From the human T2T-CHM13v2.0 reference genome, Homo sapiens, in NCBI RefSeq assembly GCF_009914755.1, contig NC_060932.1: a stretch of 64,000 nucleotides of DNA; one strand, written 5' to 3'. Below, piece after piece: positions 27,000 through 43,434 of the stretch. The notes beneath the pieces were generated by a model that saw nothing but the letters and a program-made list of their open reading frames with translations, had not been told where the DNA came from and did no database searches. The position numbers were made by a program, and so were the translations under genes. Every line of letters starts with the position of its first letter. Position 1 is the first letter of the stretch.

Positions 27000-28450
27000 G
27001 CACCACAAACCCCCAGCTGATCAACTGTGGTCACAGGCTGCTGGACAGCCCCAGAGGCCATCAGTAGCTCCTGTCACCGAACCCTCGTCACACTGGAAGC
27101 CCCAGAAACTATGCATTGAATACTGCAGCCCCCTCCCCATGTGCTCCGTCTACCCCAAAAGGAAGAAGAAAGAATCACGCAAACCCCAGATTCAAAATGG
27201 AGAGGATTAAAAAGCCAGGGAAGCCCCAGGCCCACCTTGAGGGGCCTCGGGTTGGGGGTAACGTGGCCGCCACATGGAAGGAGAGCAGCGGCATTTGGTT
27301 TGGTGGTGGGCAGATTTTCTTTTACGACTGCTAAATGCCTGCCTTTCTCCCCAAGCAATTATAGTGCTGTTTCCCATCAAGATGGCTCTTAGCTGCGGAT
27401 CTCCAAGTTGCTGCAAATAAATCAGGAATGCTATTGGCAGCTGGCTGGGAGAGCGACCGAGATGGTCATCCTGGTTATCCCATGATGGCGATGAGGGGCA
27501 TCGCAGCAATGGTCCAAACCAAGCTGTTTCTGGGAGCTAAAGAAAACAAGGTGCAGCCCTCCTGAGCCCCACATGAATGAAAGCGGAAAGGTGCGCTTCG
27601 CCCTCTGGCTGCAGGTTCAGAACCTGAGCACACCTAGGAAATGGGACCCCCACAACACTCAACCCCGCCATGGCATGTGCTTTGCCCAAGGAAACATAAC
27701 CAAGGCGCCTTCCTCCGGCACATGGAGTAGTATCAAATGCTGTCATTGCAGTTAATCAGAAGCAACACAAAGGGGCCCTTCGGTGCACAGTGGACACAAT
27801 CCATGCGGTAATGAAAGCTTGTAAAAGACGATGCCAAAGACGTGCATTATGACATGGAAGGTAAATAAAGGGTCTGACGCTGGGCGGGGGGCGGAGTGGT
27901 GCGGGTTGGTTCACTCTGCAGCTTGCAGTGGCTTCAGGCTGGAAAACGGGCTGCTCAAACCACGCAGCACCCTTAATCTTGTGACACGGAGGGTTCTCCG
28001 AATACCGTAGCTCATCTGAACACACACCCTTGTGAAGGATCCACATAGAAAATGATGGTGAGATTCCTGTGTGGCTGCACGAATCTCTCTGCTGGCTCTG
28101 TCACTGTCACACCCAAAGCCCACAAAACCATCCCAAGTTGCTGTGTGTCCCGCAGATGCAAAAAGCATTTCTTCCACGACAGTGTTTGAGGGTGAAAGGA
28201 GAGAAAATGATTTGGGCAGGCTGCCAGGGGTATGTGGAGGCCAGGTGGGCCGTGTCCTCCAAGGGAACTGCACGCTGGGCTAAGAAACGGTCCCTGCACG
28301 GGACGAGCACCATGTGGCAGCTGCAAACCCTCGCCCTGCCCCCGGCCCTCGAGTCACATTGTGTCATGCCACACGGCATTCGGATCAGGAGATGGCTGTG
28401 GCGTGCTGCGTAATATTTTTAAAAGCCCATTTCCCTGTTTAAGGGGGAAG
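27000..28450. promoter_or_regulatory. CpG-enriched candidate alternative promoter or enhancer with tandem GC boxes
   Basis: TGGGCGGGGGGCGGAGT at 27881-27897 contains two Sp/KLF boxes; many CpGs; lies within ~7 kb free of Alus. Confidence 0.5.
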
Positions 28451-30298
28451 CAGGTGGAACACAGGACCCCTGAAGGGCAGATACTCTGAAAGGCCCCACA
28501 GGCAATTCTCCAATAAAAGAGAGAGCAGGGCTGGCATATCTCCCAAACTTACAAATTGACCTTCTCTCTTGATCTGGGACTTAATGCCTCCAAACCAAAC
28601 TAATTCCAAAAGTCACCTTCTCAACTTCTCTGTACAATTTTTTTTTTAAACAAATGAAAGCTCAGGTACAGCCTCCCCTTGCAGCCCTTCTGACGTCCTT
28701 AGCCACTCAAATTAAATCTGAATGGTTCGTCTCTTTTTATTATACGATGGGCCATATGTCACCAAAATAAAAACCCAGCTGAAATCCCAGTACAGATAAA
28801 GGGCATGAAAGGCTGTTCCGGCCACAAAATAGAGACCCTGTTTAAATCTTATTAAACAATAACACCCACCCAACCATCCCCTCCCCCTTTTAGCAAAAAA
28901 AATTCAGGAAGGAAATTGTGGTTAAATCATCTCATAGTTTGGCAAAAACTTCTACCTCTGAAAAATGAAAAGGAAAAAAAAAGCTTCATTCTGTGCTGGA
29001 CTCACACAGGCTAATAAAAAGCAGGACTGTATTGCTTTGCACTGTAGCTGTCAAATTCTCAGCAATGAAATACAGATCCTGACTCTCTCATTCCCTTGGG
29101 TGCTACCCCCTCAGACCACCAAAAAACGGAAAAGCGGGGGTGGGAGGGGCATCCTTTACCCTCTCCCATTCCAGAGTGAACCTTATTTGTTGCTCTGTTT
29201 TATTTTGAATTTTTGTTTCTTGACCTGAATATCTCTCTTCCTGAAGAGATACAACACGTTTCCACTGTTGTAAACACAGTTAAACGTGTAAGGAGCTGTT
29301 GAGGCTGCTGCTTTAAAGAACTATGATTCTTCCTTCTTTTAAAGAGAGTACACACTGACATTCAGAGAAGTCCAGACATTGCAACAATGGTAAGCGTGCT
29401 GTAAAGGAAGGAAGGAAAGAAAAGAAAAAAGAAAGATCAAAAAGAAAAAACATTTCCATTTCACAAGGTCCCCCAGTGGCCTCCAATGCTCCTCCTCCAC
29501 CATCAAAAATTCATAAGGGGGATCAGCATTCTTTACCGAATGGATCCCAGTGGCACCATAGACCTTGCTGGGGAGAGAGGCAATAAATATCGAATTATAC
29601 ACCTCATGGGAAGAAAGCACTGAAGACTCAGCTTCAAGCCCTTCACATGGTCCCAGGGGGAGCTGCTCCAGACTCCAGGTCCAGTGCAGAAAGGAAATGG
29701 GTCAAGTGTGTCAATTTCTAGACCGATGACCTTTGACTTGCCTAATGACACTGGGAGGCCACCACAAAAAAAAAAAAAAAAAAAAAAAAGATGCCAAATG
29801 CCTTGGAGGAAAGCAGTGGGGGAGGGGTGTCATTGGGAACCCATGAGAAAACTGCAACCCCAGCACTGTGGTGGGGGGTGGCCCCCTCACCCCTGGAGTA
29901 ACTGTGACCTGTCCTGGGGAAGGTGTAACCAGCTCAGTGGTAGAAAGTCCATGAACAGAGAACTTCAACTACCACACAGTTTTGGTTCCCAGCTCCAGGA
30001 ATGGCTTTGCTTCTGCCTGAAACTTGAAGAACATCTCGTTTGTTCCTCTCTAAGCCTTGCTCCTCCCTGCTCTGCCCCCGAAGCCTCCTTCTTCACCCTC
30101 CCTGATGACCCCTGATTTGGCTGCCACCACCTGTGCCAACCACGCAGTGAGGTCTCAATGCTCTGCTGCCTTGCATCACTCCCTTTACACATGCATTTTT
30201 TTCATCTCCTTGCTTCTAACTTCTAAGCAACAGGAGTGGCCTAGACCTTGGCCAGATTCCTGCCCCCATCCCATCTTCCCTCACCTAGCACTGTATCA

Positions 30299-30786
<488 letters not shown>

Positions 30787-32079
30787 TCTGTGTAGTTATT
30801 CATCCAGCAAAACAGTATATGGAATAGATGCCCAGTTCTCCTTTCCTTAAATGGAAAGATCTAGATGTAAATTTTCAAAATAATCTGACAGTTAAATGCA
30901 AATTAAGGGTTTCACAATTGGATAATAGAATAAAATTTTTTGCAAACCAAAGGCTATCTGGTAGAGTCTAACATAGCTCGTGGACTAAGTTTTACAAAAG
31001 GTACCTAGCTGCATTTGTCACGGAGGGAGGTTTCCTGTGATTTCAGCCCCTCGTATTATATATAAAGTTGACCCAATTAGAGTTTGGATTGGGATGGGCA
31101 TTTTTAGTTCTCTGCTCTCAGACACCTGGGCTTCAGTTCCCATTTATGCTTCAAAAACAGTTGAAGTTCTTCTTTTCCCATACACCAATGTTCTGAACTC
31201 CACTGCCAATTCTGTGAGCTATTCCTTCAGACATTTGCTAAATGGGAAGTGGTGAGAAAACTGCCTAGAACACCCACACTGAACTGCTGATTCTCCCAGT
31301 TCCCAGAATGCTGGCTGGGTGGGACTGAGCCTGAACACTATGTCAGCTGGAGTCCACAGCACAGGCCCCAGCCAGGGAGCTGTGGCCCCGCTCCCTCATC
31401 CCTTCACCCTCCTCCTCACTCCTTGCCCCTTGAACCTCCACCAAAAAGTAAGTGGTCATGGGGAGTGAAAGGTGAAACTCAGATCATTCCCAGGGGAAGA
31501 GTTTTAATGTAAGACTCCATGGGCAGGACACTGAAAGAAACTTCTATCTAAAAGGAGGTTGGAGAACTGTATGCAGATTTCATTGATCTGCATTTATACC
31601 ACCTTCCAAGGCCATTGAAGCTACTCTGTGGCCCCTAACCTTTTAAGAATAGTAACACACCAGTGCTGCCTGATTTTCCCAGCACCTTGTCTCCCCTCCA
31701 CCTCTGAGAGGTGCTGGGGGAAAGTTCAGGGTGATTTAAATTATTTTGGTTTTCACACTATAGAACCCACCATGTAATTAAACAGAAACACAAAAGAGTG
31801 ACCTATGCAAAAATCTGTGCTCTATTATTTTGTAACATATGTAAACATAGTATATACAAATGTGTAATTACATATCAATATATCTTTATATATTATGTTA
31901 AATTTATAAATTTCTATGTATAAGGCTTATATTTGTCAGTAAAATAGGTACAATAATCTCAATTCTCTGGTAAAAAATAAGATTCAAAGCGGTCCAATGA
32001 CTTTCTACAAATCACTTAGCTAACCTCCAGTGGAACCAGGAATCACAAACGCATCCCCTCCGCATGCACGAGCACGTTC

Positions 32080-32440
32080 ATATCACAGCATTTTTACAAG
32101 TTAAAGACGGAACTCCCATATATCAAAAATAGTGTAGAAATGGTCGCATACATTATGTCATATCTACCCACCCAATGGAATAGTATTTCCCATTTAAGAA
32201 AGATGAAGAATCTATGAAAGCATGGAAAATGTGCATCATTCAGTGTGAAAGTTAAAATAACACCACAAAATCATGTGGACTCAAACGTGTAAAAATGCGC
32301 CTGTGAAAAAGACGGAAGGGGACACACAAAAGCGAAAGTAATGATGCAAAAGGGCTGAAAGTTACAGCGACTTTTTTCTTCTTCTATGTTCCAGACTTTT
32401 TTGTTTTGTTATTTCGTTTTATAATTTAAAAGAAAACCTT
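32080..32440 (+). mobile_element. Old L1 (L1ME-like) 3' fragment
   Basis: CAATGGAATAGTATTTCCCATTTAAGAAAGATGAAG...CATGGAAAATG, with a terminal TTTTATAATTTAAAAGAAAA. Confidence 0.55.
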
Positions 32441-33375
32441 AAACAGAAGTTCTCTGACTCCAGGCTCAGCGCTGCCTCCAATGAGAAAGTGTCATTCACT
32501 CTCCTGCCCTCAACCCCAGCTGTCTACTGGGAACTAATTTGGGACTGGGTTGTGGGTTCCTAACACTACCCAGGAAGCTGGAATGACAGGAAAAGCCAGG
32601 ACTCCCTAGTTCCAATCCCCAGCATTCACCCCAGCCGGCCCCAGCTTCCTCAGCACAACCCCGGGCTCTAGCTGTGTATAGCCTCTGCTCATCAGGGGCC
32701 TCGCTGCTTATGAATTATGAAAACTCGCTGGGTGTGCCCACCGGTGCATATGGATCAGCTGACACCCGAGTGCTGAAGACATAACAAAGGACTTCACCGC
32801 TTGGTATCAATGTCGATTTAAAAATCAAAAGCTTTGCTTTGCGAACTTTATCCTTCCACGTCAGTGGGGCGCTATTTAAAAGATACCCCAAAATAACTGT
32901 TCAATGACTGCTTCCCAAAAAATTACAACTAAGCATTTCTTTAGCAGTGGATAGCAGCATTCCCTCAACATTGGCCACCCTGCCATGTGCGGGGCTTTCT
33001 CCTTTAACAGCACATAGCTGCGGGTACCAACGTCAAAGACAGGAAAGAGTAAACCAAAAGGTGTGTACCTTTGTGTGATTCCATGTGTACTTGTGTGTAA
33101 ACTAGAATCCAAATAAATTATTTCCGGAATGCGAAACCGAGAAGGAGCTGGGTCTCCCAAATTTGGGAAGATTGTAACAACTCAGGCATTTCACAGAGCA
33201 CTGTGAACCACTGTTTTACTGAAACAATATTGGCTGACTTAATGTGAGTGTCAGATTAGCACACAGTTGCATCAACTATATAATTAAGAGCATATGTAAA
33301 TATACCCCCAAAACCCAGGTTTTCCAACATTTACAAGGCACAGAGCCTGAAAAAAAATCCATAAGACCCATTCGC

Positions 33376-33819
<444 letters not shown>

Positions 33820-34477
33820 TCAGATCCACAGCCACCCTTCCTGGGTGTTCTCAAAGATTTTTATCCACCCACCTCCTGAAACTGAGAAACTTCTTTAAAA
33901 ACTCAGCTTCTGAAAAAAAAAAAAAATTATGGCTCTACAATAAGCAAAGGAAAAGGTATCTTTCTTCTGTCTCCAGAAGATCTTAGGGACCGTAAACTCT
34001 GCTCTTAAGGGAGACAGGGGGATTGTTTTATATTTGAAAAGTGATAAAACAGAACTGAGCAAGGCATGGGCTGCAACCAGGAAGAACCCTACCAAACTGG
34101 AAATTAACCAGGATAACTCAAGCCTCCAACGTCTCAAAGCCCTCCAGGGCTCCATGCAGCTAGACCTCCCCTCACTTCTCTGCCAACACCAAGTGTAAGA
34201 GTGCCCTTTAGAATTGGCTGGGAATTTAGCTGCTGCCTTCTCTGAAATACCCAGTGGCTACATATAAAATATACAGTGCCACAGCAGATTTCCTTGTACA
34301 TGATATCCACATAAAATTTCCCCATCAGTAAACCCAGGTGGGAGGCCTCCAGACAGCAAGGCAGAACCAACGGTCTGGGGAAGTAGAGAGGTTTCCAGAG
34401 TCAGCCTCGCTCTAATGACGATGCCAGGCACATACTTGAGAACATACTTTCTGAACAGAAAAAAACCCTATAGTGCT

Positions 34478-34600
34478 GCCACTAAATGGCTGTGTGGCCT
34501 TCGGTAAGTCACTTAACCTCTCTGGGTTTCAGTTTCCTCCTCTGTAAAACAAAGTGTTGGACCAGATATATAACAAAGGTCATTCTCAAATCCCTGACAT
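34478..34600 (+). mobile_element. MIR
   Basis: GCTGTGTGGCCTTCGGTAAGTCACTTAACCTCTCTGGGTTTCAGTTTCCTCCTCTGTAAAA is the MIR core. Confidence 0.85.
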
Positions 34601-34691
34601 TCACTGAAAGATTATTCATGGTCCAGCCAGGAGAGGAGAAATTGAGGTGGACAGGAATTACGGGAATCTTGCTATTTAAGCAAGGAAGTGA

Positions 34692-34996
34692 GGCCAGACA
34701 CGGTCGCTTATGCCTGTAATCCCAACACTTTGGGAGGCTGAGGCAGGCCGACCGCTTGAGCCCAGGAGTTTAAGACCAGCCTTGACAACACAGAGAGACC
34801 CCCCATCTCTACAAAAAATACAAAAATTAGCTGGGCATGGTAGCATGCGTCTGTAGTCCCAGCTACTGGGGAGGCTGATGTGGGAGGATCACCTGATCCT
34901 AGAAAGTTGAGGCCGCAGTAAGTTGTGATCACACCACTGCACACCAGCCCGGGTGACAGAGTGAAACTCTGTCTCAAAAAAAAAAAAAAAAAAAAA
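34692..34996 (+). mobile_element. AluJ
   Basis: Full dimer with GCTTGAGCCCAGGAGTT and a poly(A) tail. Confidence 0.94.
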
Positions 34997-36239
34997 GTAC
35001 ATGAGGGGTTGGGAAGGTTTCATGAGCTTAATGATTACATGTGACATAGACTTAAGATATGCATTTATTTGTACAACACATATTTGTTGAGCAACTATTA
35101 TATGCTGGGTATACACCATGGTTCTTGCCTTCTTGAAGCTTATGGTTCAGATAACAGTTGTCTCTGACTGCTGGGTCCACTTTCCTTGCCTTTGTTCACG
35201 TAATAGCCCCCACCTAGAATGCCCTCCACCTGCTTAAATTCTACCATATTCAACTCCCAGCTCCTTCATGAAGCTTTCCTGTACTATTAATGCAGTCTAC
35301 TCTAACTTCTCTCTCACTGGGCTGTAGTATTTACAGAAGCATTGTTGAATGTGGAATCACATGACTTTCGAATTGCTGTTAAGTGCCCCCAAACTGTCAC
35401 CCTCCCTAGATTATAAACTCCCAAAGACAGGGGCAGTTCTGTCATGTCCACCACGGCACCAAACTCACCAGTTTCTCAATATATACACCTTGTTCGATGC
35501 TTGACTGTGTGAAAATCTTGGTTAAACTCAGTGGGCTTGTTTACTGGTCATTTGAGAGTTCATTTTTATGTCAACCTTTATTTTGTAAATCTTTTTCAAT
35601 TGGATTATTCTACTTTCCTCATATGATACACCAATAACAACAACTTTAAAAAAAACTGACTTTTTGAGGGGATGGCACAGTACTCTGTGATTCATCAATG
35701 TCACTAACAATACTCTGTCAGTTGTAACAGACATAGGTGGAGACGGTTCCTAAGATAAAAGCTGAATGGATAAGAATAGAGTTGATTGTAAGCCAGCATG
35801 TTCCAAGATTTGTAGGCAACTGAACTCTCTTGTTAAATAAAATCATATAAAGAAGCCCAGTGTGGACAAAGGCCCTGCCAAAGGCAACTTGGGGAGCCCA
35901 GGCCTCCACCTGGCCATGACACCCTCACCCCCATCAGCTCTGTGACACTTTTCTGTAACCCATGAGGCTCTGCTGAGCACAACCCCAAAGCCACTGGTCT
36001 AGATTTTACCCTGGAATTAAAAAGAAAACTTGATAATTTGCATCTTTCTCATAAAAGCAGAAGAGGAAGATAAGGCTAAAGAAGCAGAGGTGAGGGTAAG
36101 GACAGAAAGAGCAACAATATTGGAATCTGACTTAGCAAAGAGTCATATTTATTGGATATTAGTTTTATATGACTTGGATAATATGATACATATATGAACA
36201 TCACAGATATAGGAATGTTTTTATATTAAATAAAATAAA

Positions 36240-36680
36240 ACATGTATTGAGACCTTAACTGTGTGCTCAAACACTGGTTGGTACTATTATTTCCCGCCAT
36301 TTTGCAGATAAGGAAACTGAGGCACAGAGAGGCTCAGTAGCTTGCTCAAGTTCACACAGTTGGTAAGCAGTATGGGAGCTGACCCCAGGCAGTCTCCAGA
36401 GTCCTTCTCTTCATCACTCTATGGCTGGCTCTCCAAGTCATTTACGCCTTCAAAACACAACCATCGTATCACCTTTTATGTGCTCGACACTTTACAGATT
36501 TCTAAGAACTTCTATGAGTGGCATCATATCCATGCCCTTCAACAATCATGAGTGAGGATTACTGCCTTGGCTTTTCAGCTGAGGAAACTGAAGCACACAA
36601 AGATTAAGTTTTATCAAGAATAATACAATCAAACCAGAACCCAGGTCTCCTAACTTCCAGGTTGAATGCTTCTGTATCGT
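36240..36680 (-). mobile_element. Two adjacent MIR fragments
   Basis: First: CATTTTGCAGATAAGGAAACTGAGGCACAGAGAGG...CAAGTTCACACAG. Second: GAGGAAACTGAAGCAC...AGAACCCAGGTCTCCTAACTTCCAG. Confidence 0.8.
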
Positions 36681-37659
36681 GCTACTCTTCTTGAACACAA
36701 ACTGCATAAGAACCCACCCCCATTCCAATGCCCTCCAAAAGGTGTTCATTGTGCTCCCTAGAAGCCCCTGCCCTCAGGGGCTTCAAGCATTCATGTGGGC
36801 TCCAGGTAGTAGCTGTGTGTCTGCAGACACACAACCACACAGGTATATACTACAGTAATATACAAAACTCATAATCATCTTCATTGTCATGTCTTGAGGA
36901 GATCTACCAATTTGCTAGGTTTTTTATAGAGACTCTCATAATTCACTGAATTTTTTCATAACATAGGTGCATTCCAAGGACAGCTTAGTGGTGTCCAGGG
37001 GTTTTTCAAAAGACCTAATTCCTCAGGATTGCTGGTTCCTCCCAGCCTAGCACTTCTTGTCCATGGATCCATTTGGCCACTCACTGGATAGCAGGTTGGG
37101 GAGTGTAGATAGAAGAGAAATAAAGAGGGTAGAGCACATACTCCCACCCTGGGGCTCTTCACACAGTTCTGAGAGCCCTGGGCTCATCAAAGAGCTGCCC
37201 ACAGAGCCACACTGAGCCAGAGACAAGCAGACAAGCTTTGATCTTCCCAAGGCTCCATTAGTCCCTATGTCCCAGCCATTAGTGAGCCCCTACTAATGGA
37301 GAATTCCCCATGCACATGCAGAAATATTCTAGGTGATCACACATGCACACATTTAAATGAGTTTTATAAGTCCATATACGCAAATATGAATGTTGATACA
37401 TGCATTAAGGAGCATATTTTAATCTGCCAAAACTTATCTCTGGGGTGTTACCACATTATGCACTGGGGATGAGAAACAAGGGAACTAGGAGGCTCATATG
37501 ATCTCAGCTTCAGTCAATGAATAAATCATCTGCTCATATTTATTGAATAACTTCCATGTAGCTGGCATTATGCTAAGTTATAGAAATAGAAAAGTAATGT
37601 GATCTAATCCAGCCAGGAATCTACAATCTAGTTGAAGAGAGAATTATAAGGGTAACATT

Positions 37660-37870
37660 TTACATTTTGCATAATATTTTCTATTTTACGAAATGCTTTA
37701 TCAGATACCATCCTCCAGCATTCACAAGACATTTGCTACTAGGACCATTTTGCAGATAAGGAAAACCAAGGCTCAGAATTGATTTGCCCCAAGTCGCATA
37801 ACTAAATAGTGGAAAAGCAAGAACTTCTACTCAGTTCTTTAGACTCCAAATCCACAGCTCTTTCCAAAAA
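37660..37870 (-). mobile_element. MIR
   Basis: CCATTTTGCAGATAAGGAAAACCAAGGCTCAGA...GACTCCAAATCC. Confidence 0.75.
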
Positions 37871-37979
37871 ACTATGTTCGTTCTGCAAAACAAGACTAAT
37901 ACACAAAAACTAAACTAGCAACATTGTATCATCCTATCATATTTAATTAATTATGTGATATCCAAACACAAGGGACAGT

Positions 37980-38170
37980 TGAGGTGTAGAGGAAAGAACA
38001 CTGGTCTTAGAGTCAGGCAACCTAGGCTCTGTCACTTACTGACAAAATATTTGGCTTCGCACAAATGCCTTAGCCTCTTTGGGCCTCAGTGTTCCATAAA
38101 ATGAGTCTGATAGCTTCCCTAGAAGGTTATTACAGGCATAAATGCATGTGAGAATGCTTTAGAAACAGAA
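37980..38170 (+). mobile_element. MIR
   Basis: GTAGAGGAAAGAACACTGGTCTTAGAGTCAGGCAACCTAGGCTCTGTCACTTACT...GGGCCTCAGT. Confidence 0.75.
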
Positions 38171-39155
38171 AAGGATGAATTAAATGTGACTCTTTAGGAA
38201 TGAGTGGTGAAATAGTAGGAAGAGGCCCTTCTCTGCTGGGTGTTGACAGATAACAAACTCATAGGATGGGCCAATGCCACATCACAGCAGCTTTCACCAT
38301 CTCCCATGTGACATTAAGGCAAGGTTTTGGCTTGCAATACATTCAAATCTGGATTATAAAGATCTGTGTCGTAGTAAACTTGTAAAAGGGCAAGACCTCA
38401 TCTAATCCCCTCTAAAGATGAAAAAAGACATGATTTATAAAGTATGTTATTTGGCATAGGAAGCTCTGATTCTTTAAATAAATATCCATGTAAACAAGGG
38501 GTTTCAGAGACTATAGACATTTTACATTTGTCCTCATATGCCGGAGGCGCTTGGGAATCAACATGATTCAGATACATGACAACGCAAATGGCTTGCAGAC
38601 AACTCTCCCACATTTACAAGTAGTTTAAATTTCTGACCCTGTCTCTTTCCAGTATGCCTGCAATTGAAAGACATTGTGTATTCCATGTAAATAACAGGAA
38701 GATGGGCACATGAGTCTCCCGTTCTGTAAGCTAAGTGGATTTGGCTTTCTGGATAAGAGAGCCATGGGTGGCCTTGCTCCTATACTCACCAGTGAGTAAA
38801 CATCAGAAGCAACAGCAGCAGCAAGGCAGCCTCACCAGGAAGCCTTACACTGAGAGCTAATGGCTTTCCTCTCTACCAGTTCACTTGGCCTAGGGGTCAA
38901 CTTCTAGAGCCTAAAGCTGCATTAGGATTGGCTTGGGGATTCAGTCCCTAGTGGCTCTCTCCTGTCATCTCCTCTTCCCAGCCTTGAAGGTTGCAGTAGA
39001 AAAGGAAACCTGAGATCAGGAAGCAAGATCTAATTTGCCTGCACGCAGTAGGTATACAAAGACATCTTACTGAAACTCCAGTTTTACACAGCCAGTCATG
39101 TTACATAAAAAAATGTCCTTATACATCTGCATGTATATAATACAGAGCTATGGGT

Positions 39156-39158
<3 letters not shown>

Positions 39159-39190
<32 letters not shown>
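39159..39190. repeat. (AC)16 microsatellite
   Basis: Perfect dinucleotide run. Confidence 0.97.
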
Positions 39191-39193
<3 letters not shown>

Positions 39194-40343
39194 AAATCAA
39201 TAGACACATTTCTACACCAGCACATCCTTCCTCTGAGTTTAAAATACCCTATTTATATGTGGATTGTTATATTACATAATAATAAGAAAGGTCTGTTAAG
39301 TCAAAACTTTACAAGATCATATGTAATGTTGTTTTAAACAGAAAGCTTAAAATGAGCAATGTTCAGTATAATCCAAGAACCCTCCTCAATGTCAATCTGG
39401 GATGAAAAATTAAAAGCCAGATTTAGCCAGCTTGGGGCCAAGCACTCATGTTCAGATTCTACAACTGTGCTGTAAGAAAACAGCCTGTCTCTCTTATCCC
39501 AACAAAATCTACTAGCTCCAGCACAGAATCCAAGTCCTCTGTCCTTTCAAGCCAAGAAAAGGGGCAGTCCTTACCACCACAATGGACCAGCCTGGAAATA
39601 TTAAATTGACTCAGCCCATGTCTTCTTAGATACAACTTAACAACTCTGAGTTTACAAAACTCAGCCAAATGGCATCAGGCTTCAGCATAAACTTTTGCTA
39701 ACTAGCCCACATAGTTCCCATATGCTACGCGATGTTGTTTGAGCCAACTCAGTACCTTATAATTATAAACACACGTCTTTCAGCTCTTCTGTGTATTCTT
39801 CCCAGGCAGAACGGAAATATGTCACTTAAATTAGCACTTGGAGTACAGAGTGGATGCCAAATTTGGGTTAGCACAAACAGGGTAAATAAAGCAGCACCAA
39901 ATTAAAATGGTAAAATAAACTTCTTTATGCTCCAGTGGAAACTGCTAAGTCCTAGCTGAATGGCAGCTAATGGGTCTGGGAAAAGGATATCCCTCAAACT
40001 GTAGCTCTTGGCTTTTGAATACAGTTTTCTCATCCAAGGATCTCGAAGCAATTTCTTGCAAAACTCGAGTAGTGTGAAAAAAATAAAAAAAAAGGAGATG
40101 CTGTTTCTTTTGCAAACTCTTCTGCCATCATTTTTCCTCAGCATTCTCTTCCAATAATACTGGGAAAGTTTGTATTTTTATCCTTATTTAATTCATGGGG
40201 AGAGGGAGAGATTTTAGGGGAATAAATGAAGGCACGTAGGTGGGGGTTCATTTGGCAAAAGCCAAGGAGCAAGAATATATCACAGAAATCCAATCACAAT
40301 AAGCCTCACAGAGAGAAGCCTTTGTGCCTATTCTGTCTAATCA

Positions 40344-40823
<480 letters not shown>

Positions 40824-40995
40824 TAAGTAAGGGACAGCAAAAACAAAAGGGAGAGTTCACAACCACTTCATTCATGATGACAAACACTGAGCAGCAATAG
40901 ACTAGCTAAGCAAATTGTGGCAGAGTCATTCAACAGAATACCACTTGGCAATGAAAAAGGAACAACTGTGGATACAGGTATCAATATGATGAATC

Positions 40996-41479
<484 letters not shown>

Positions 41480-41586
41480 CTAGATTAAGAGAGTGGAGAG
41501 GATTCAAGTGTCGTTTGTATTAAAGCCACAGACCCATCAGGCCCAAAGGCAACAGAACTTCTTTAAATCAAAAATTTCATATTTAA

Positions 41587-41885
<299 letters not shown>

Positions 41886-43434
41886 TCATATTTGGAAATT
41901 AAAAGAATATCACAGGCAAAAGGGGAGCTGTGCTGGTCAATGTGTGGAAAGGGACCCAGCTTTGTGTGCTGAGTTGATCCACCACCTTTCCCTGCCCCCA
42001 CCTCCTTCAGTGACATAATAATTCCAAAGTCCCTACGGACACCAAAGGCTCTCAATACACTGGGAAAGTGGAAAATCCACTCCCCTGAAAAACAGAAGAT
42101 GAGGTCATTATTCTTCCACTAAGTGGTGGCCTCAAGCAAGTCAATGAAGTGCCCAGAACCTTAGTTTTCTTAGCTCTGTCTGCACTGTCAACCACCTTTG
42201 GATAAGAGGTGCAAATGAGACATCACTGAATAAATTTTTAAGCACTTTGCAAATGCCCAGCTATTAGGACTCCTCTTCCCTATAAATTGGCCACATCTGT
42301 TAGCAGACTTCCAGTTCAAAATGACCTTCTGCTAACAGCCCCTATGCAGTTTCCCCTGCCTCTTACTACAAGACCTAGAGAGGCAACATAAAGGAAAGAT
42401 GTTCATAGCAACACTGAAAATTACTTCTGAAATGCATCTCAATTTCATTCACTGCTTTCCATCTATACTGCCACCCTCCTGGTCTGAGCCATGCCCATTT
42501 CCTTTTTATGTCTTTGTAAGAGCCACCTTGACTGCTCTCCCAGTTGCATTTCTGCTACACTCTGTCTCAAGCTACTTTCCAGTTCATTCTTCACGCAGCA
42601 ACCGGGGGAAACTGCAACCACTGTGTGGAATGCAAGCTTGAGATGCTCCCTAGAACACAGAGGGGTGAGACAAAGGAATGTAATAGAAGAAGCATTAAAA
42701 AATGTAATACAGTAATATTTTTCTGAGCTGAAGAAATGTATGCAAATTTTAAATGTCCATTATGTCTTTTGGGGGGGTGGGGGAAGCTTATTATGTTCCA
42801 GGAATAATCGATGAAAATCTAGGTGTACCCAAACTTTCCTATCTCAACATTAAATGCTAGAATATACTGGGCAATGTCTAAATAGTTAGAAAAGGATATG
42901 GCCTAAGAGTTTTACAGCCACTATTTTGAAAAGGAAGACCTCAGAGAAAGACTCTAAGGTATTCAAAGTGTCAGAAAACATAGGACCTATATACCCTGCT
43001 TGACAAGATTATTAAAGATGCAATCCAACATTAGAAAAATAAAGAAAAATTAAAAGCTTAAAATGCAGATATCATAATATGAAGGGGACTAGTGAGGAAC
43101 ACTAAAACCAATCAAAATAGAGGTAAGCCTAATAATCAACATAAATATGACTATAAAACTTACATATTAAAAATAATGATCAAAATAGAAGATACACGAA
43201 AACTTGATACAATTATATTAGTCTGGATATAGTAGCCAAATTTATTATTTAAAAAGACCAAGAAATGGCAACAGAAGAAAAGAATAGGAATGATGTAAGG
43301 CAAAATTTTATAAAACTATTGTGCCAAACAGAAATAGGACTTCCACTTATGACTGACACTAATAGAAATATAGGCTAAAAAAACTTCTTGAAAACAATTT
43401 AATAGTAATATTAAAGAAGATATACATTCTATTC

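Noticed and set aside
29766-29789. Orphan A24 run (similar runs at ~58224 and ~58488) as a processed-pseudogene tail
   Set aside because: There is no upstream ORF, poly(A) signal or TSD; treated as a mononucleotide microsatellite.
31675-31722. Short inverted repeat CCCAGCACCT / AGGTGCTGGG, and the 16-bp palindrome at 9982-9997
   Set aside because: Arms of 8-10 bp are expected by chance in 64 kb.
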